Shown: piece by piece, positions 1 through 14,254 of the stretch
Layout of the letters: each line of letters opens with the position of its first letter
How positions within the stretch are numbered: the stretch's first letter is position 1
Source: Cetorhinus maximus
Lineage: Eukaryota
DNA: 64,000 bases
Assembly: GCF_964194155.1 (NCBI RefSeq)
Contig: NC_135898.1
Location: forward strand, 87,668,001 to 87,732,000
Reading direction: 5' to 3'
Notes under the pieces: generated by a model
The model's input: only the letters and a program-made list of their open reading frames with translations
The model's database searches: none
Told to the model about the DNA's origin: nothing
Position numbers and translations under genes: made by a program

Positions 1-558
1 AAATCCTTGGGACATTACAGTATCGCAATAGTTTTAGATTATCTCCTTTTTTTATTAATTCGCGGGATGCGGACGTCACTGGCTTAGTTGCCCAACCCTA
101 ATTGCCTTTGAGAAGGTGGTAGTGAGCTGCCTTCTTGAACCGCTGTGGTGTGGGTACACCCACAGTGCTGTTAGGAAGGGAGTTACAGGATTTTTGACCC
201 AGTGACAGTGAGGGAAAGGCGATATATTTCCAAGTCAGGATGGTGAGTGACTTGGAGGGGAACTTCCAGGTGGTGGTATTCCCATCTATCTGCTGCCCTT
301 GTCCTTCCAGATGGTAGCGGTCGTGGACTTGGAAGGTGCTGTCAAAGGGTATCTTATTATGTCAATGAGTTTTTTGCCAGAAAAATGCAGTTTCGAGTTT
401 TTAATCACGTTTGTAGATTAATTTCATGAGTTAAGTTTAGAAGCAGTTGTTAATAATTAGATTTAGCGTCCACTTCCTTCTTGTATTGTATTAACTTAAC
501 CTGTTATTTGAGGCGTGGTTTTGTAAATCTAATTTAGTTACAAAATATACCAATAGAA

Positions 559-665
559 TGTTCTGATGAAAAGTCCCCGACCTGTAAGATTAACTATATA
601 TTTGTTCCTCTCTCCGCAGGTGCTGCCGGATCTGCTGAACATTTCCGGCATTTTCCAGCTTTTAA
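559..665 (+). mobile_element. degenerate solo Penelope pseudo-LTR fragment
   Basis: GTT-CTGATGA-AAAGTCCCCGACCT-GTAA-GATTAACT...CAGGTGCTGCCGGATCTGCTGAACATTTCCGGC, homologous to the other pseudo-LTR copies. Confidence 0.6.
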
Positions 666-3600
666 ACCAATAAAATGATGTGTTTTTTGCGACACATTTA
701 AAATGACATTTGGAGGGGAAAAAAATAAAAAGGTCCGAGAACATTTCCGCTATTGTATAATAATAAAATCCCGGCATGTTTATGGGTGTTAATTATGCAG
801 TAAACATAAACTACACGGATCGAAACTAAACAGCTCCCATCTTTAGAGGTTTTATATTCACCTTTGGGCTCGACAACATTCAGAAGATGGGAGGCTCACG
901 ATTTTCCAACATGTGCTCGCTCGCAAATGAAGGAAAAGTTTGGGTGAAGCACGGGGAATGAGCGAAGGAAATGTTACTACGTGTGAATTTACCCACGAAT
1001 GATGGGAATGGGTTCACTCAAATATCCTGAAATATAATGAATTTGCAAGATAGGTATACAGAGGCTCACGGACGGGATGGGTCGAGATAATTGAACCGGT
1101 TGTGTGAAAGGTAGTGACATTGACAGGCCTAGGATATCGATCATCATGATGGGAAAGGTCTAGTTACTGTTAACCTCATCGATTTTAAATGGGTTGAAAT
1201 GTTTTAATCCAAATACCCGGCTTTCATAGCACACTAGTCGATTTTGTTTGATTTTAGGCTGTTGGGTTCTTTCAGGTGGGCGGAGTAATTTGTATGAACT
1301 ATTGATACTTGATAATACTTTCACAGTAAAGAGTTACATTCGCTTGCTGCCGCGTCATGATTTAAATAAATAAACTTGCTAATCGAGTGGGTCAGTCGAA
1401 ATGACTGGTCTAATTCAATGCACTTTAGCTTCCCAGCTTCCGAATGCAAGGTAATAAAGTATTCCTTTTCCTTGCACATTCTGTTTTGGGCTGTAAATAA
1501 CGAGACATGGATGACAAAGGAACGCAGTCCGCTAAATTCCGCTGATAAACCAGGATTGAGGAAACTGAGAAAGACACGGGCACTAATTCCGCGCGATGTG
1601 TGTAATTGAATGTGCCCGTGTGTCTGCAATTCAGGTCTTTTGCATAATGCGCGCATTTAAATTACATCTTAATAATGTGTAAAGCGGTTAGATTTTCAAT
1701 GCTGCATGTGGGTCGCCTGCCTTTTTAGCAACGAGAGGGAGGAAAATACACGGGTGTTTCCTGGGGGGGGCGGAATTAGTGAGTTAGCTCCGGAGACTGA
1801 GTGTCGAAGAAGTGAAATCTTTGTAAAGATCTCTAAAAATGGTTGATTGAACCTTCACCATCGCGCTGTCCAATAGCGTATCGTTTTTATATTTACTAAC
1901 TTTCTTATCCGTCCATTTAAAAAAAAAACACACACACACACAGGGACTTAATAAAGTCGATGCTTCTCCTGTCCCTCCCGAATCTCCAGCTGCCGTGGCC
2001 CACAGCCCTTCCTACTCTCCTGCCAGCTGTGTTGAAATCAAGATTTGACCAGTTACTTTGGCAGAAACCCAAGATTGGGAAATGCGTTACCTTCACCACC
2101 AGAGACCAGCCCGCCCCCCCCTCCCTCCATCTCCCTTCCACAGCCCACAATAGGCAACATTTGATCCTCCTCGGAGCACTCTACTCGACGTGGCCTTAGT
2201 TTTATTGCAGATATCCAGCATTTGCCTTTGAGACAATTCATTTCAACGTGTTCTACAACAGAAAACCCCAGCCCCATCTGAGTAACTGAAACCCAAGACC
2301 CTTGTTTATTTAACAGGGAGCTTCTAGAGAGGGTGTTTATAATTAATAATGGGAAACGAGTTCTAGGCAGGGGACATTCATTCACAGAGGGAAAAGATGA
2401 TATTAAAATGGGCAGGGGCAATCTACAGAAAGGTTCCTCGATGGGTTTAACTGTGTCTATGATTAATGCAGCCATTTATAACTCAGCAGCAACTCTGTAT
2501 CGTGAAGAGGTAAGTGAGTATTGTAAGGGTGATTCGCTGCAATTAAACGACTGCTGGAACCATCACTTGCTGGCTACAGTATGGTGACTGCCGTTTCGTC
2601 TATAAAGTGACCACGGGTTGGGTTTAAAAATTCAGCGTGTTCACTTATTTCCTTTAGCTGCCGTCCAGACCCGGTCTCGGCCTACATCTGACTCCAGACC
2701 CACCCCAAACTCTTAACTGCGTTCTGAAGTCCACTCAGTTACATCAAACTGCAACAAAATGCTTCAGGGAGGTGAGGCCCACCGTCACCTTCTACCCGGC
2801 AACCAGGGATGCTCAATGAATTCTAAATTAGATCCATTTTGTGTGGTTAAAGTCACAGTGCCTCTCCCTAATCTGGGGAGAGGGGTGGAACAAAATACAC
2901 TTTAATTCAGTCCTGTCCCGTTTAGCTGTGCCGATCAAGGAAGAGGTTGTAAACCCGTGCGAGTCCAATCTCTGGCAACAAAACAGATTCTGGGCAATTG
3001 CAGTCGGTGATTTACCAAAGAAATCATTTTCAAACATCAGCGAAAATGAAATGACTAAATCGCTTACCAGGATGGTGATTGGGTGGTTAGTTTGACCTGT
3101 TGCGCCGTGTCTGGGTGTATCCGTTCTTCTCGCGTTGATTACAATCTGAATGGATACACTCGGTTATCTCAGCCATCAGCCTTGTGCGGTTCAATAAATG
3201 ATTCTGAAGTGTCTGTGGCGCAAAATATGGCGCGGGAATATCACTGAGTGTAATTTGAGAAAATACAATAGACACTGTTACAAAGGTTAGCTGTATGGAG
3301 GCGCCTAGGGCTGACATTAATTGTGGATATAAAAAGGGCATTTTGTTTTAATTCTCTTCGCAAACTGAAAGCGAGGTTAAATTCAGAGCTATTTAACATA
3401 AAGGGGCATTCGACCTGTTGGAATACAAGAGGCCCAGAACAAGCCTTACGCAGTCCCTCGCCCAGTATAAAGCTAATTTCCCTGCTACGTGGTCATGTGT
3501 ACGCTGATCTCTCTCTCTCTATATATATATACTGTGACAGGAATGAATGAGAGCAGCTGAAACTGCTGCAAAGGCAAAACAGTCGCCGGAAAGAGAATAA

Positions 3601-4683
3601 GACCGATTCCGATTTGGGAGATCGAGTGTTTATGGGTTTTTTCTGTTTTTTTCTATTTTGTTTCAGATGCTCAGCTATTTTCAGGTTTGCTCTAATTCCT
3701 GTGATTATCTTGTAAGTGAGGGACAATTGCAATTTAAAAAAAAATGTTTGACTATTTCAGAGGACAGAATGCAAACTGGCGAATGCTGCATTGCACAAAC
3801 GTCTCATCTTCCATATCACACACACTTGTACACACTCACACATCACAGCATTGGATTCAAGGAAGATTCAGGAAGATTCAACTTTAATACTCTTCCTCAT
3901 ATCCCCTGCAATCGTCGGCTGTGAAATAATTCAGTATAGTGCTCTGCTTAAAGTTATCCTCCCAGAGTGGGAGAAATGTGATGTATATTGTGCATGTCCA
4001 GATTATGAGACGCGAGTGACGACGAGGATCCATTTGGATCCAAGTGGGTCTATTTCCAATGCGGCTACTGTCGGTAACGCATCAACGATTGGACACAGGG
4101 TGAAGGGGTGAGAGAGGGTGTCACGTTGACATATTTCCTGAAGTTGACCATTTAATCCTCCAATGATTGTGTTGCATTAACACAAAAGTACACTCTCAGT
4201 GTAAGAGAGACAGGAGCACACACCTGCCCACTTCGTGAGTCCGGTCTGAAGGGAGGTAAAACAGACCAACCATCTGAAATAATACCCCACCACAACATAG
4301 GAAACGAAGACCCGCCACCATTATCTTCAAGGTTATATTTAGTCCTGCCCCTAATGTCAAACTCCACAACGAGCTTTCTTTAAAAAAAAAGCTTTCATTA
4401 AAGGAGGTCAATGAAAGAGCCAGGGGAGACTTCCGCACTTCTGGGTGTAATCAAATGCGCGATTGAGTGGGAGTCTAAAGCCGGCTGGTACTGTCTCAAT
4501 GACCCCGTGTATCACAGCAGATGCTCCCAAAGGCCAACCTTGTCCAGGCGACAGTTCAGACCCCTCAAAGCCCCCCATCCTGTCCCTGTTTTCCTTTTCG
4601 TGAACTATGATGCACCAAGCGATTCACGTTTTGGAAACTATTCCAGGATATGGTGACATTGGACCAAATAACGCCGAGACATC

Positions 4684-4740
4684 AACAGAAAATGCCGGAA
4701 ATACTCAGCAGGTCAGGCAGTCTCTGTGGAGAGAGAAGCA
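4684..4740 (-). mobile_element. short Penelope pseudo-LTR fragment
   Basis: AACAGAAAATGCCGGAAATACTCAGCAGGTCAGGCAGTCTCTGTGGAGAGAGAAGCA matches 28510-28566. Confidence 0.6.
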
Positions 4741-4974
4741 ATGAGGCTATGCGTTTTTTTGTGAGGGGGAGGGGAGGGGGAATCCCAAAATTTCCAGGAA
4801 AGTCACGCCCTTGAAACAAATATCTTTTGCTTTGAAAATAAGACAGGATCATCACTGCAGATTTATACATCCCTAAATCACCAGGTATCATTTCAGTCAG
4901 TCTAGCTCCGAGTATTGTTTTAACGTTAATTGGAAAGCCGTGGTCCCGTCTAATTATGATTGACAAAATCCTCT

Positions 4975-5235
4975 GCAGATGGTGGAATTTGAATTCAATA
5001 AAAAAATCTGGAATTAAAAGTCTGATCGTGATCATAAAACCATTGTCGATTGTCGTAAAAACCCATCTGGTTCACTAATGTCCTTTAGGGAAGGAAATCT
5101 ACCGTCCTTTTCTGGTCTGGCCTACATGTGACTCCAGACCCACACAATGTCCTAAATGCCCTCTGAAGAAGGGCAATTAGGGATAGACAATAAATGCTGG
5201 CCTAGTTAGCGACGCCCCACATTATTTTTTTTAAA
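4975..5235 (+). mobile_element. tRNA-derived SINE, second family, 5'-truncated
   Basis: GAATTTGAATTCAATAAAAAAATCTGGAATTAAAAG...ACCCATCTGGTTCACTAATGTCCTTTAGGGAAGGAAATC...GGGCAATTAGGGAT. Further degenerate copies at ~2585-2820 (+), ~7300-7500 (-), ~46645-46880 (+) and ~51985-52340 (+). Confidence 0.75.
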
Positions 5236-5429
5236 AATCGTTCAATAACATTGAACGCTGTTCATTTCTAATTTAGTTCGTTTCATTAATTCTGCCATAA
5301 GTTTTTAAAAAAAATACGAACTTCTAACAGCCTTGACAAAGCATCTCCTCGCCGCACATTTTCCACTTCTATTTGTATCATGCTTTGCAATAGGTTGCTA
5401 TATAATCGATGCAATTATGGCTGGGCGGT

Positions 5430-5687
5430 TGGGGAGGTGGGGGTGGTTAGGCAGAGGAGCAGAGAGAGAGAAGGGGAGAGAGAGAGACAAAGGGAGAGAG
5501 AGCGAGGGGGACAGTGAAGAAGAGAGAGGGAGCAGGGAGGGAGAGAGGTCCTAGATAGAGAGAGAGGAGGAAGGGAGAGGAGTTGGAGGAAGAGAGTGGA
5601 ACAGAGGGAAATAGTGCAGGAGAGTGGGCCAGAGATAGAGGGAAGGAGGAAAAGAGATAGAACGAGAAGGGGAGAAAGAGACAGAAC
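5430..5687. repeat. GA-rich low-complexity tract
   Basis: Polypurine (GA/GGA) run; a similar tract lies at ~42790-43140. Confidence 0.85.
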
Positions 5688-6499
5688 ATGCATTTACGAC
5701 AGTCCACATCCTCCGCCTTTACATTCGCACCCGTCTACTGTCAATAACCAACCCGTCAGTAACTAGTGTAGCCAGTCCTTCATAACATGGAAATCATTTA
5801 CACCTGAAGTGTCCACCTGGCGTCTGAAGGACCACCCGGGGATTTGAATGGACTCAGAAATATCCCTGGAACATCAATAAACAAGACGCCTGTTCACTTC
5901 TCTAGAGCAGGAACTAAACCATTGGACCCGTGTGGAAGTCTTAAAACTCCCCGAGTTTATTGGATGAGGATATTGAACCCATGCTCCACAAGTGGACTCC
6001 ACAGAAACCCTGACACTCGTAAAATTCGAATCCCTACCACCCTCCTCGGCCACTCTCTGGGTCAGGGGGCGCGCTATTGAGAGCTACAGTTCGAAACCTC
6101 AATATTTTGTTGGCGACTCTCCAGATCCCACTCAGAGAAATCACGGCCTGAAGCTTTTATTTTGCTGTATGGAATAAAAGCTTCAAATCCAACGAATATT
6201 CTTTCTTTCTGTAGAAAGTATTAGATTGATGTTAAAAGATTGAAATCCAATTCCGGTCCCTAGTTCTGACCAACAACCTCCCCCCCTCCCAACCACCTCG
6301 CCCCACCCACCCCCTCAACTGACTTTTCTATCCCCGGGGCTGCCGGCTCGGCACAGTCTCTGTGTTTTGTTCCGCATTTCCAGTTTTTCCCCTCTTCCTA
6401 CACTCACGGTACACAGTTTGAATACGGCATTACAAACGATTGCTCATTCTAACCTAACAATTCGGAGGGGTTAGGATTTGGGATGCATTATCTGATAGT

Positions 6500-6725
6500 G
6501 CGGAGGATTGAGGGAGGAGGGATGGGGAGACAAGAACCAATTGTAGCTTTTAAAAGGGAATTAGGGCAAATACTTGAGGGAGAAAAAAAAATCGCAGGGA
6601 TATAGGGACGCAGGGATATAGGGAAAGGTTGAGGGATTGCGACTATTGGATTGCTCCTCGAAAGGGCCGGCACAGACCCGATGGGCCGAATGGTCTCCTT
6701 CTGTGCTGTAGTATTCTATGGTTTC
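6500..6725 (+). mobile_element. CR1 3' UTR fragment
   Basis: Ends GATGGGCCGAATGGTCTCCTTCTGTGCTGTAGTATTCTATG. Similar remnants at ~49440-49700 (+), ~61160-61370 (+), ~45925-46290 (-), ~40360-40470 (-) and ~46940-47100 (-). Confidence 0.7.
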
Positions 6726-8879
6726 AGAGCGCGCATTTTTGTACGGAGAGAGAGGGAGAGGGGGGTGGGTGGAGGGAGGGGAGATAATCCTCCGCTTTAT
6801 TTTTTAACTCTGTCCCATTTGGGTATATAAACAGTGACTAAACTGGGGAGACTTTGGTTAGGTGTCAACAATGTAGTCACACCCCGTTGAAACTCCACAC
6901 TCTCTCAGAGAAGGTGAGAGATTGTGCACATAGACCTCTAACTACAGAGAATGTTCACGAGTTTGTTATTCATTAAATAAACACAGTTGAAGAAGTATTT
7001 CAGTGTATCAGATTCCCAAATTAACTTCAGCTTTTTGTCACATCTGCTTAACTCTCCAGACAAAGTCTGGACACGCATTTTACTGTCTCTCTTTGAGAGG
7101 GCCCTCGAGAGCCTCTTTCGGGTTAACACTTCCAAGGAAATGCAAGCGATTGGTTACATGTAATGTAACAGTTTTTTGGGGGGCATTCCCCCGGTGGAAT
7201 GTACAGGTATTTCTATAGCTTCAGTCTGCCTGTGACTGATCAGGAATAATAGGTTTCAGAGAATTATACCCCTGCTACATCTGGACGGTAGATAGATTTT
7301 TTTAAAAATTATTTCATGGGGTGTGAGTGTCGCTGTCGGGGACAGCGTTTGTTACCCATCCCTAAATGCCCTTGAACTGAGTGGCTTGTTCAGCCACTGC
7401 AGAGGGCATTTAAGAATCAGCCGCATTGCTGTGGGTCTGGAGTCACGTGTGGGGTCAGACCGGGTAGCGATGGCGGATTTCCCTGCCTGTAGGGCATTAA
7501 TACTGTAATGGGTGGTCCTGTTCGCAATCTTGGATTTCACCGCCCATCTTCTCCCAAATAAAGCGGCTAACAGTAATGCTGACAGTTATTTGCCATTTCA
7601 GGGCGTTAGCTAATTCCTGAGGGTTTAATCAGCCCCGTTCTTTTCCTATTATTCATTTTCGAACCCCCAATTCCTTGCAAGGATTGACCGTTGTAAAGTT
7701 GCTCAGCACAAGGTGACCCTTAGAGATGGACGCTGCCCGCGGAGCTGTAAAGACCAGGGGAAGAGACGAAATAAACCAGGAATTAAATAACCATTAAAAA
7801 AAAACCAGTGTATGCTTTGCAAATGAATAAGGTGGAAAATATAAAAAATATAAGCGGTCATCAATTTTTGTTTCTTGCATTTCAGACAGTTTTTTTTAAA
7901 TTGACATATTAAGTTGGCGCTGAGGACAAATAAATGTCCGGGGCCTTGTTATTAAATAGAATAATCTCCACAGGGGAGATTAAAAAAAAGGTGGGAGATA
8001 CATAAAAAGCATTAAAATAACTGGTTCTGGAATTAATTTACAAATCGTGCAGTGACATCGCATTGATCTCAGTCAGTTGATCGTTAATTCTGTTTCCTAC
8101 GTGGCCGCTTTACTGCCCGCTCTTGTAAACTTGGATCTCCCTAAACCTGGGCGCAGAGGAAGCCGGTGGACAATGTTTGGCTGATGCCCTGATGCCTATT
8201 CGACCGAATCTGAGATTCCCGGTAAATTAAATCTCCGCCTATTGCTCATCAGCCTCCCCAGTCGCCTGCAGAGAGCTAGGTGAGTGGTAACGGCGGCCCA
8301 TAAAACGTTATTTAGTTGGCCGTTAAGTGTATTCTTCCCCAGGGCACTGTACAATCCTCTGTACACTCGCCGAAAAGAGACTGATGAAGAAACCCGTATT
8401 GTTCAGAAAGCTACAATGCTTTTGGAATCTGTGTCTGTCCTTTTATCTCTGTTTATATTCGACAACACAGCTTCAAAAGAAAAAAAAACAAATCAACGAC
8501 AGCGAATAGTTGCCGGGAAAGGGCCAGAAATATATTTTAATTGTGCAAAATATTAAAACCAGGTAAATTCAGAACGGTTTAAAGACGAACAAGTCTATAA
8601 ACTGAGTTTAGCAAGCTGCGAGAGATTAGTGTTTTCGAGCATTATAACATAATAGAGGTGAACAGAGGTTTTGGTAATTAGCGACAGGAAGCAACATTCA
8701 AGGGTTCAGGTCCCACCAGCAATTGGAGCTTAAACGCTAGTTTTAAATATATATATTTTTTTAACATTCTTGTTGGTAGTTTGTTATTTACTTACAGAAA
8801 GAAGTGCAAAAAAAAAATACACCTTCCGGACGGTTGGTTTTGAAAACGAAACCATTCTTTTAAAGTCACATGTTTCCAA

Positions 8880-8979
8880 TTTATTTTCTAATGTAGAAAA
8901 AAACAAAAGTCAAATATTCGTCAGAAAAATGCGTTTCAAATCTCTCCAAGGAAAGTTTGGATCTCCCTCGTCTTTTATT
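8880..8979 (-). terminator. candidate polyadenylation signals of nkx3-3
   Basis: AATAAA on the minus strand at 8974-8979 and 8880-8885, about 470-570 nt past the stop codon. Usage cannot be determined from sequence. Confidence 0.35.
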
Positions 8980-9448
8980 TTTGACTTTTGAAAATAGCTT
9001 TCAATGACCTGTTCGACTGCTCTACAACCGGCAGACAATCAGTGTGGCACAATCGACCAGCAACAGCGTCTAATAATGATTAATAAAACCATTGGACCGC
9101 TGGCTTGGAAGAACTATTTTGTTACCTCAGGATTTCTCTAGGGTTCTCGATGTTTTTTTTAGCCAGAACTCCACTCCCCTCCCCCCCTTCCCCCCTCTCA
9201 AAAAAAAGCACGAATTCTTCCGACAAAAGCACCCTTGGCTTTGCCTTGCGCTGTCTTTTTTTTTTGTCCCATATAATTAAACGAAACAGCGAATATTCTT
9301 TGTGTTAATGCCAGTGCGGCCTGACAGTTCACTGATTGGCATCTAGTTGCAGACAATTGCAAGGGTTATTTGGTTGGGTATGGTCCATTTTATATTTTAC
9401 TTTTTTTTAAAAAAGAGAGGTCGAGTCACTCTGAGCCTCCTCGGCTCT

Positions 9449-9955
<507 letters not shown>

Positions 9956-11602
9956 TTAACAGGCGAGGAATCCCCGAATCGATTTACACCCTGTGTAAAG
10001 TGCGTTCTGCCTGATCTGCATTTCTCTGGAGGCGTTTGGACCAGTTACCCAAGTGAGGGGTAAATTCAATAGAAAGCAAACCTTCGAACACCGAGTGATT
10101 GTGGAATGAGGGGAAACTGGGGATGATGGTAACGTTAGGGTCAGTGCGTGAACAACAATTAACAGGCAAAATACACTTTAAAGAGCAGCTTCACTCATGA
10201 AGAGTTCATTCCGCGACAGGAATGAGAGATAAATGTTTATCCTGAGCAGAATTCAGATAACATATCTTTTATAAATATAATTCACACAGATACAGGCAAA
10301 ATCGACACTCGTGATAAAGGCGACTCCGAGGCAATTGAAACATCATTTGGGAAGCGAAACTGCGTTGCCCTGCTGTAAGAATCATTTGAAAACAGTGCAG
10401 CCCGAGTAAGTTTTGCACAGTTCCCTGCCGCCTCATGTCTATGTACTAAAGCGCCCCTTGCGTCGTTTAGATTCGGCTGTGTTTGAATCTCACCCCCCCA
10501 CCCCCCCTCTCTCTCTCTCCCTCCCTCCCTCTCGCTTCGGGGGCGGGGGATTAACTCCTTTTGCGGCCTAGTTTCAGTTCCGCAATAAAAGAAATACAGT
10601 CCGCTTGTAATTCCGCCAGAACTATGATTTGTGTGTGTGTGTGTGTGTGTGTGCAAATGATGTCCCTTCCGCAGTTGGAAGGTGCAGAAACACACGATAT
10701 AATCATTCCGCATTTTAAAAAAAAATAACCACATTGACAGGTAGATCGATGGAAAGTGCACATTGAGTACACTCTAGCTCGGTTCGCACTACTTAATAAA
10801 ATAGTAAAAATTAAAGAATGACTAAAAGTCCCTCCGATTCTACCCGTCTGATATTCTAAAACCACCCCATCCATATTTAGTGCGGAACGGCAGACTGAGA
10901 GCCTCTGGTAGTCGGGAAACAGAAAGAAAATGTCTTAACAGGCTATCCATTTTTTCTTCCCCCCCACCCCCCACATAAGCATTCTGGGCAAAATCAGTAT
11001 TTAAATTCACGAGAAATCGGTTGGCATTTAGCACAAGCACCTCTACAAAGGTTGACAGCTCGTTCGCCAGGCGCGTGTTGATTGATATCAGATTTACTCT
11101 TTTCACACGAGTCCACCTATTGGGTTTTGTGTCACTGTTACAATTTTTTTTTTATTTTATTTTTAAAAAAAAGAAAGGCCAGATTTAACCATGTTAGAAT
11201 GAATTTACAATCGACCGGCCGAGCGAAGGAAGAAGAGCAACGCGTCCTGGTGTAAATTCCCAATCAGTTTCCGAACTGAAAACTCGCTAGCAGTGACTTC
11301 AGTACTGACCAAGATTTCTGAAATAACTGTTAAAAAAAATAATTCGGGGGGTGGGGGGGGGAATGCAATCAACATATCCGAAAACAAATACGAAGATAAG
11401 AGTATTTTTTTTTAAAAAAGGTATCGATTTCACCGTTAAAACTTTAGCAATTGTCAAGTCGAATTAATTTCTGATACAATCGACGCTATTCATTTGTAGG
11501 CAAAATGATTCATTTTCGGATTTTTTTTTTAAGCAATAGGTTTTCCATTGTTTAAATAGACCCCCCCTCTCTCTCTCTCCCTCTCTAAGAGATGTGGCTT
11601 AC

Positions 11603-11990
11603 CTTTATCGAATTTTTCAGCGCTGTTCTCCCAGCTGTTTGCCTCTCTCGACTCCTCGTTGAGGGGCTTCACATCCAGCCGCCCCCTTTCGTTATGCTGG
11701 GCCTGCCGGTCTCCGTTCAACACCTCAGGCGCAGGCTGCCGGCTCTCCCCTCGCACCGGGCCGCTGTCTAACGCCTCCCCCTGGTCCTGGTCGATCCGGA
11801 TGACGATCAGCGGAGTCCGTCTCTCCCCTCCCAGAGCAGCCCCTCCGGTCGAATCGCAAGGCGGGCTGGGGACCGGGGGTTCGAGTTTCACCCGCTCCTG
11901 GTGTGAATTCCGAGTCAGCCGAGCGTCATTGCCCCGGGTGAGAATGTCTTGGATGGTAAATGGCGTCAGGGAGCCGCCTTGAACTGCCAT
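11603..11990 (-). CDS. nkx3-3: NK3 homeobox (bagpipe family, nkx3-3/zampogna-like), coding exon 1
   Basis: ATG at 11990 gives MAVQGGSLTPFTIQDILTRG (eh1/TN motif LTPFTIQDIL). Ends at donor AAA G|GTAAGC (GT at 11602-11601). 388 nt, phase 1, CpG-rich. Confidence 0.85.
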
Positions 11991-12001
11991 CTTTTTATTA
12001 A

Positions 12002-12043
12002 TGTGTGTGTGTGTGAGTGAGAGAGAGAGAGAGAGAGAGAGAG
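12002..12043. repeat. compound (TG)n(GA)n microsatellite in the inferred nkx3-3 5' UTR
   Basis: TGTGTGTGTGTGTGAGTGAGAGAGAG... ends about 12 nt upstream of the ATG at 11990. Confidence 0.85.
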
Positions 12044-12199
12044 TCAAACCCTTCTTTGCCCTCAGTCAGAGCCAATTCCAAGATGCTTCTGCCTGGATTC
12101 CCCACACCAGCACCGAGAGCGAATCTCCGCACATCCGCCTGGCTTGTTTTTTTTTGCCTTTGGAGCAGAGTCTCTCCTGCTACCGATTTAGCTCCGGGC

Positions 12200-12470
12200 A
12201 TTCAATCTGGGAGGGAGGGAGGGGAAAAAACTTCACAAGAAATCCGCGGAATCCTCAACTGGGCGGCCAAAGGCATCACGTTTTCTGCAACTTTATTTAC
12301 ATTGTTTATTGACAGATGGCGCTGGGTGACCCTGATTGGACGTTGGGTGACACGTCGCCCCGCCCCCTCCCCCTCTTCCCCCCCTGCGATTGGGCGATTA
12401 GCGTTTTTTTGGGAGGCGAACGATTGACAGCGGATGGAGGCGGTCCAATCCTTCAATATCACAGCCCGAG
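12200..12470 (-). promoter_or_regulatory. nkx3-3 proximal promoter
   Basis: TATA-like TAAATAAAG on the minus strand (~12291-12299), CCAAT boxes (ATTGG at ~12335 and ~12389, CCAAT at ~12445) and GC box CGCCCCGCCCC (~12356), in CpG-rich sequence upstream of exon 1. Confidence 0.6.
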
Positions 12471-14254
12471 CCTGGTCCCCTTTACCCAGACCATTCTTTC
12501 ACCCAAGGCTTGGCAGAGGTTTAATTCCTCTATGACGACCCCCTTTAAATGCCCCATGCATCGGTGCATTGACAAAGCGCCAAAATCAGCAGCATCGATA
12601 GTGCTTATCCATTGGTAAACTTGCGTTATTATTTATTATTACTGTAGGTTTGCAAATTCCAACTGCATTTACGTTCTAACATTCGTATTCCGTATTTATA
12701 CTTATTTCGAAGTCGCGGGTTGTATCACAGACAATTGCTGCAAAATTGCTTTTAATGGACATTATTCGCAGCAGCTTCGATAACCAACATTCCGTTCTGT
12801 AAGTGCTTATACTTAATATCCAAGTTGGCTGTGTTTTCACCAGTTGGTAGAGCACGGGGATTATTGAAATATTCCCTCCAGTTTTGCCCACGGTCACCTT
12901 GGCCTCAACACCCTCTCCCATCCACACGGGGCAAAGTCAGATGACGAGTTCCGCCGAACCTTAAAACAATGAACGAAAATACTTTCATTTATATGGCGCC
13001 TTGGCAACATTTCTTGACTCGCTGAGTGAAGTCGCTCTCGCTAATGTCAAGCACACACACAAAAAAAAATCGCTCTTCACCCAACTGGCTTCTTAAAATC
13101 AAGATGTTACCGAATCACCACGAAAATAAAATACACGCCCGTCGGGGCGGTTGCATGTGACTTGGCCTCAATCTAAGTTCCTGCCCACTGTCAATTAGCA
13201 AAGTGAACATTCAGGGCGTTGCAGAATAAGCAGAGGGTTTGTGGTATGCAACACACTGCACGCATATCGATGAATGCTGTCTGTGTGTCAGCTATCGCCG
13301 AAGCGCGCCACAGATAGAAGCGGGAAGGGAAAATGAATCTCCTTAGCAGGGACGAATTTCCTTTATAATGATGTAGTGAATGAAATCTGATTTCGATAGG
13401 TCCCTGCTTGGAGTGACGTCTCTGGGGGCCCCGGCCGTAACTCACTCACACCAAGAGAGAATTGGACTGTTTCGCCAAAGGTCTCAAGAGGTTTACCGGA
13501 GAGGGCACTCCATCCGGTCCTTGCGGTCATAAGTGGGGCTTTTGTGCGTTCTCCCTTACCTGCCTCAATGAAAGTAGGTGAACTTTTGGGAAAACGTTGC
13601 CCTCAAAAACCTCAGCGAGGCTCAGTTTCCTCTTAAGCGTGTAAGTTTCAAGCTACCCTCAATTAGAACTCCCTTAATAATTGATTTTTTTTTTAAAAAG
13701 TGAAACGTTTTATACCATGACCTGAGTAGGTTGATCCGTAAACTCTAGCCTAACCTGTCAATGCGACAGATGTGGCATTTTGAGATGATCCTCATTGTCT
13801 CAGGGCTATTTACTTCAATTGATCCAGAGGCCACATGTGGTGCCGGGAAGCGATAACCTAGTCTCTTAACTCAACAGAACGGGGGTTTGTCCTGCCGAGG
13901 GCGCTTAGTGGATTATGACTTTTGAACAAACGGCATAGTTAACCAAAAGCCAGCATTTTGTGTATTCCCTGAGCTTCTTCCTGATCGGTGAATTTCATTC
14001 GCCCTCACCTACAGTTCCCAATAGTAACAAGGAACGGAGCAGAGAGAGGCTCTGCCAATTCATTTCCCATCAGATGCTCACCCATCACACGAAAGGAAAT
14101 ATTGATAACTAAAAACGATTGTCTGTAACATTTGCCTTTTGAGTATTTATTGTGTTGGCATAACTTGGCTTTGTCTCCTATCTTAGTAAAGGTTAAAATG
14201 CCCTTAAAATGTCGTCTTCACTCGGTACCCCCACCTCTAAGTCCCACTGCAGCG

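Noticed and set aside
11991-12047. N-terminal extension MTLSLSLSLSLTHTH of the nkx3-3 ORF
   Set aside because: Starts at a non-ATG codon and runs through a microsatellite; the ATG at 11990 directly precedes the eh1 motif.
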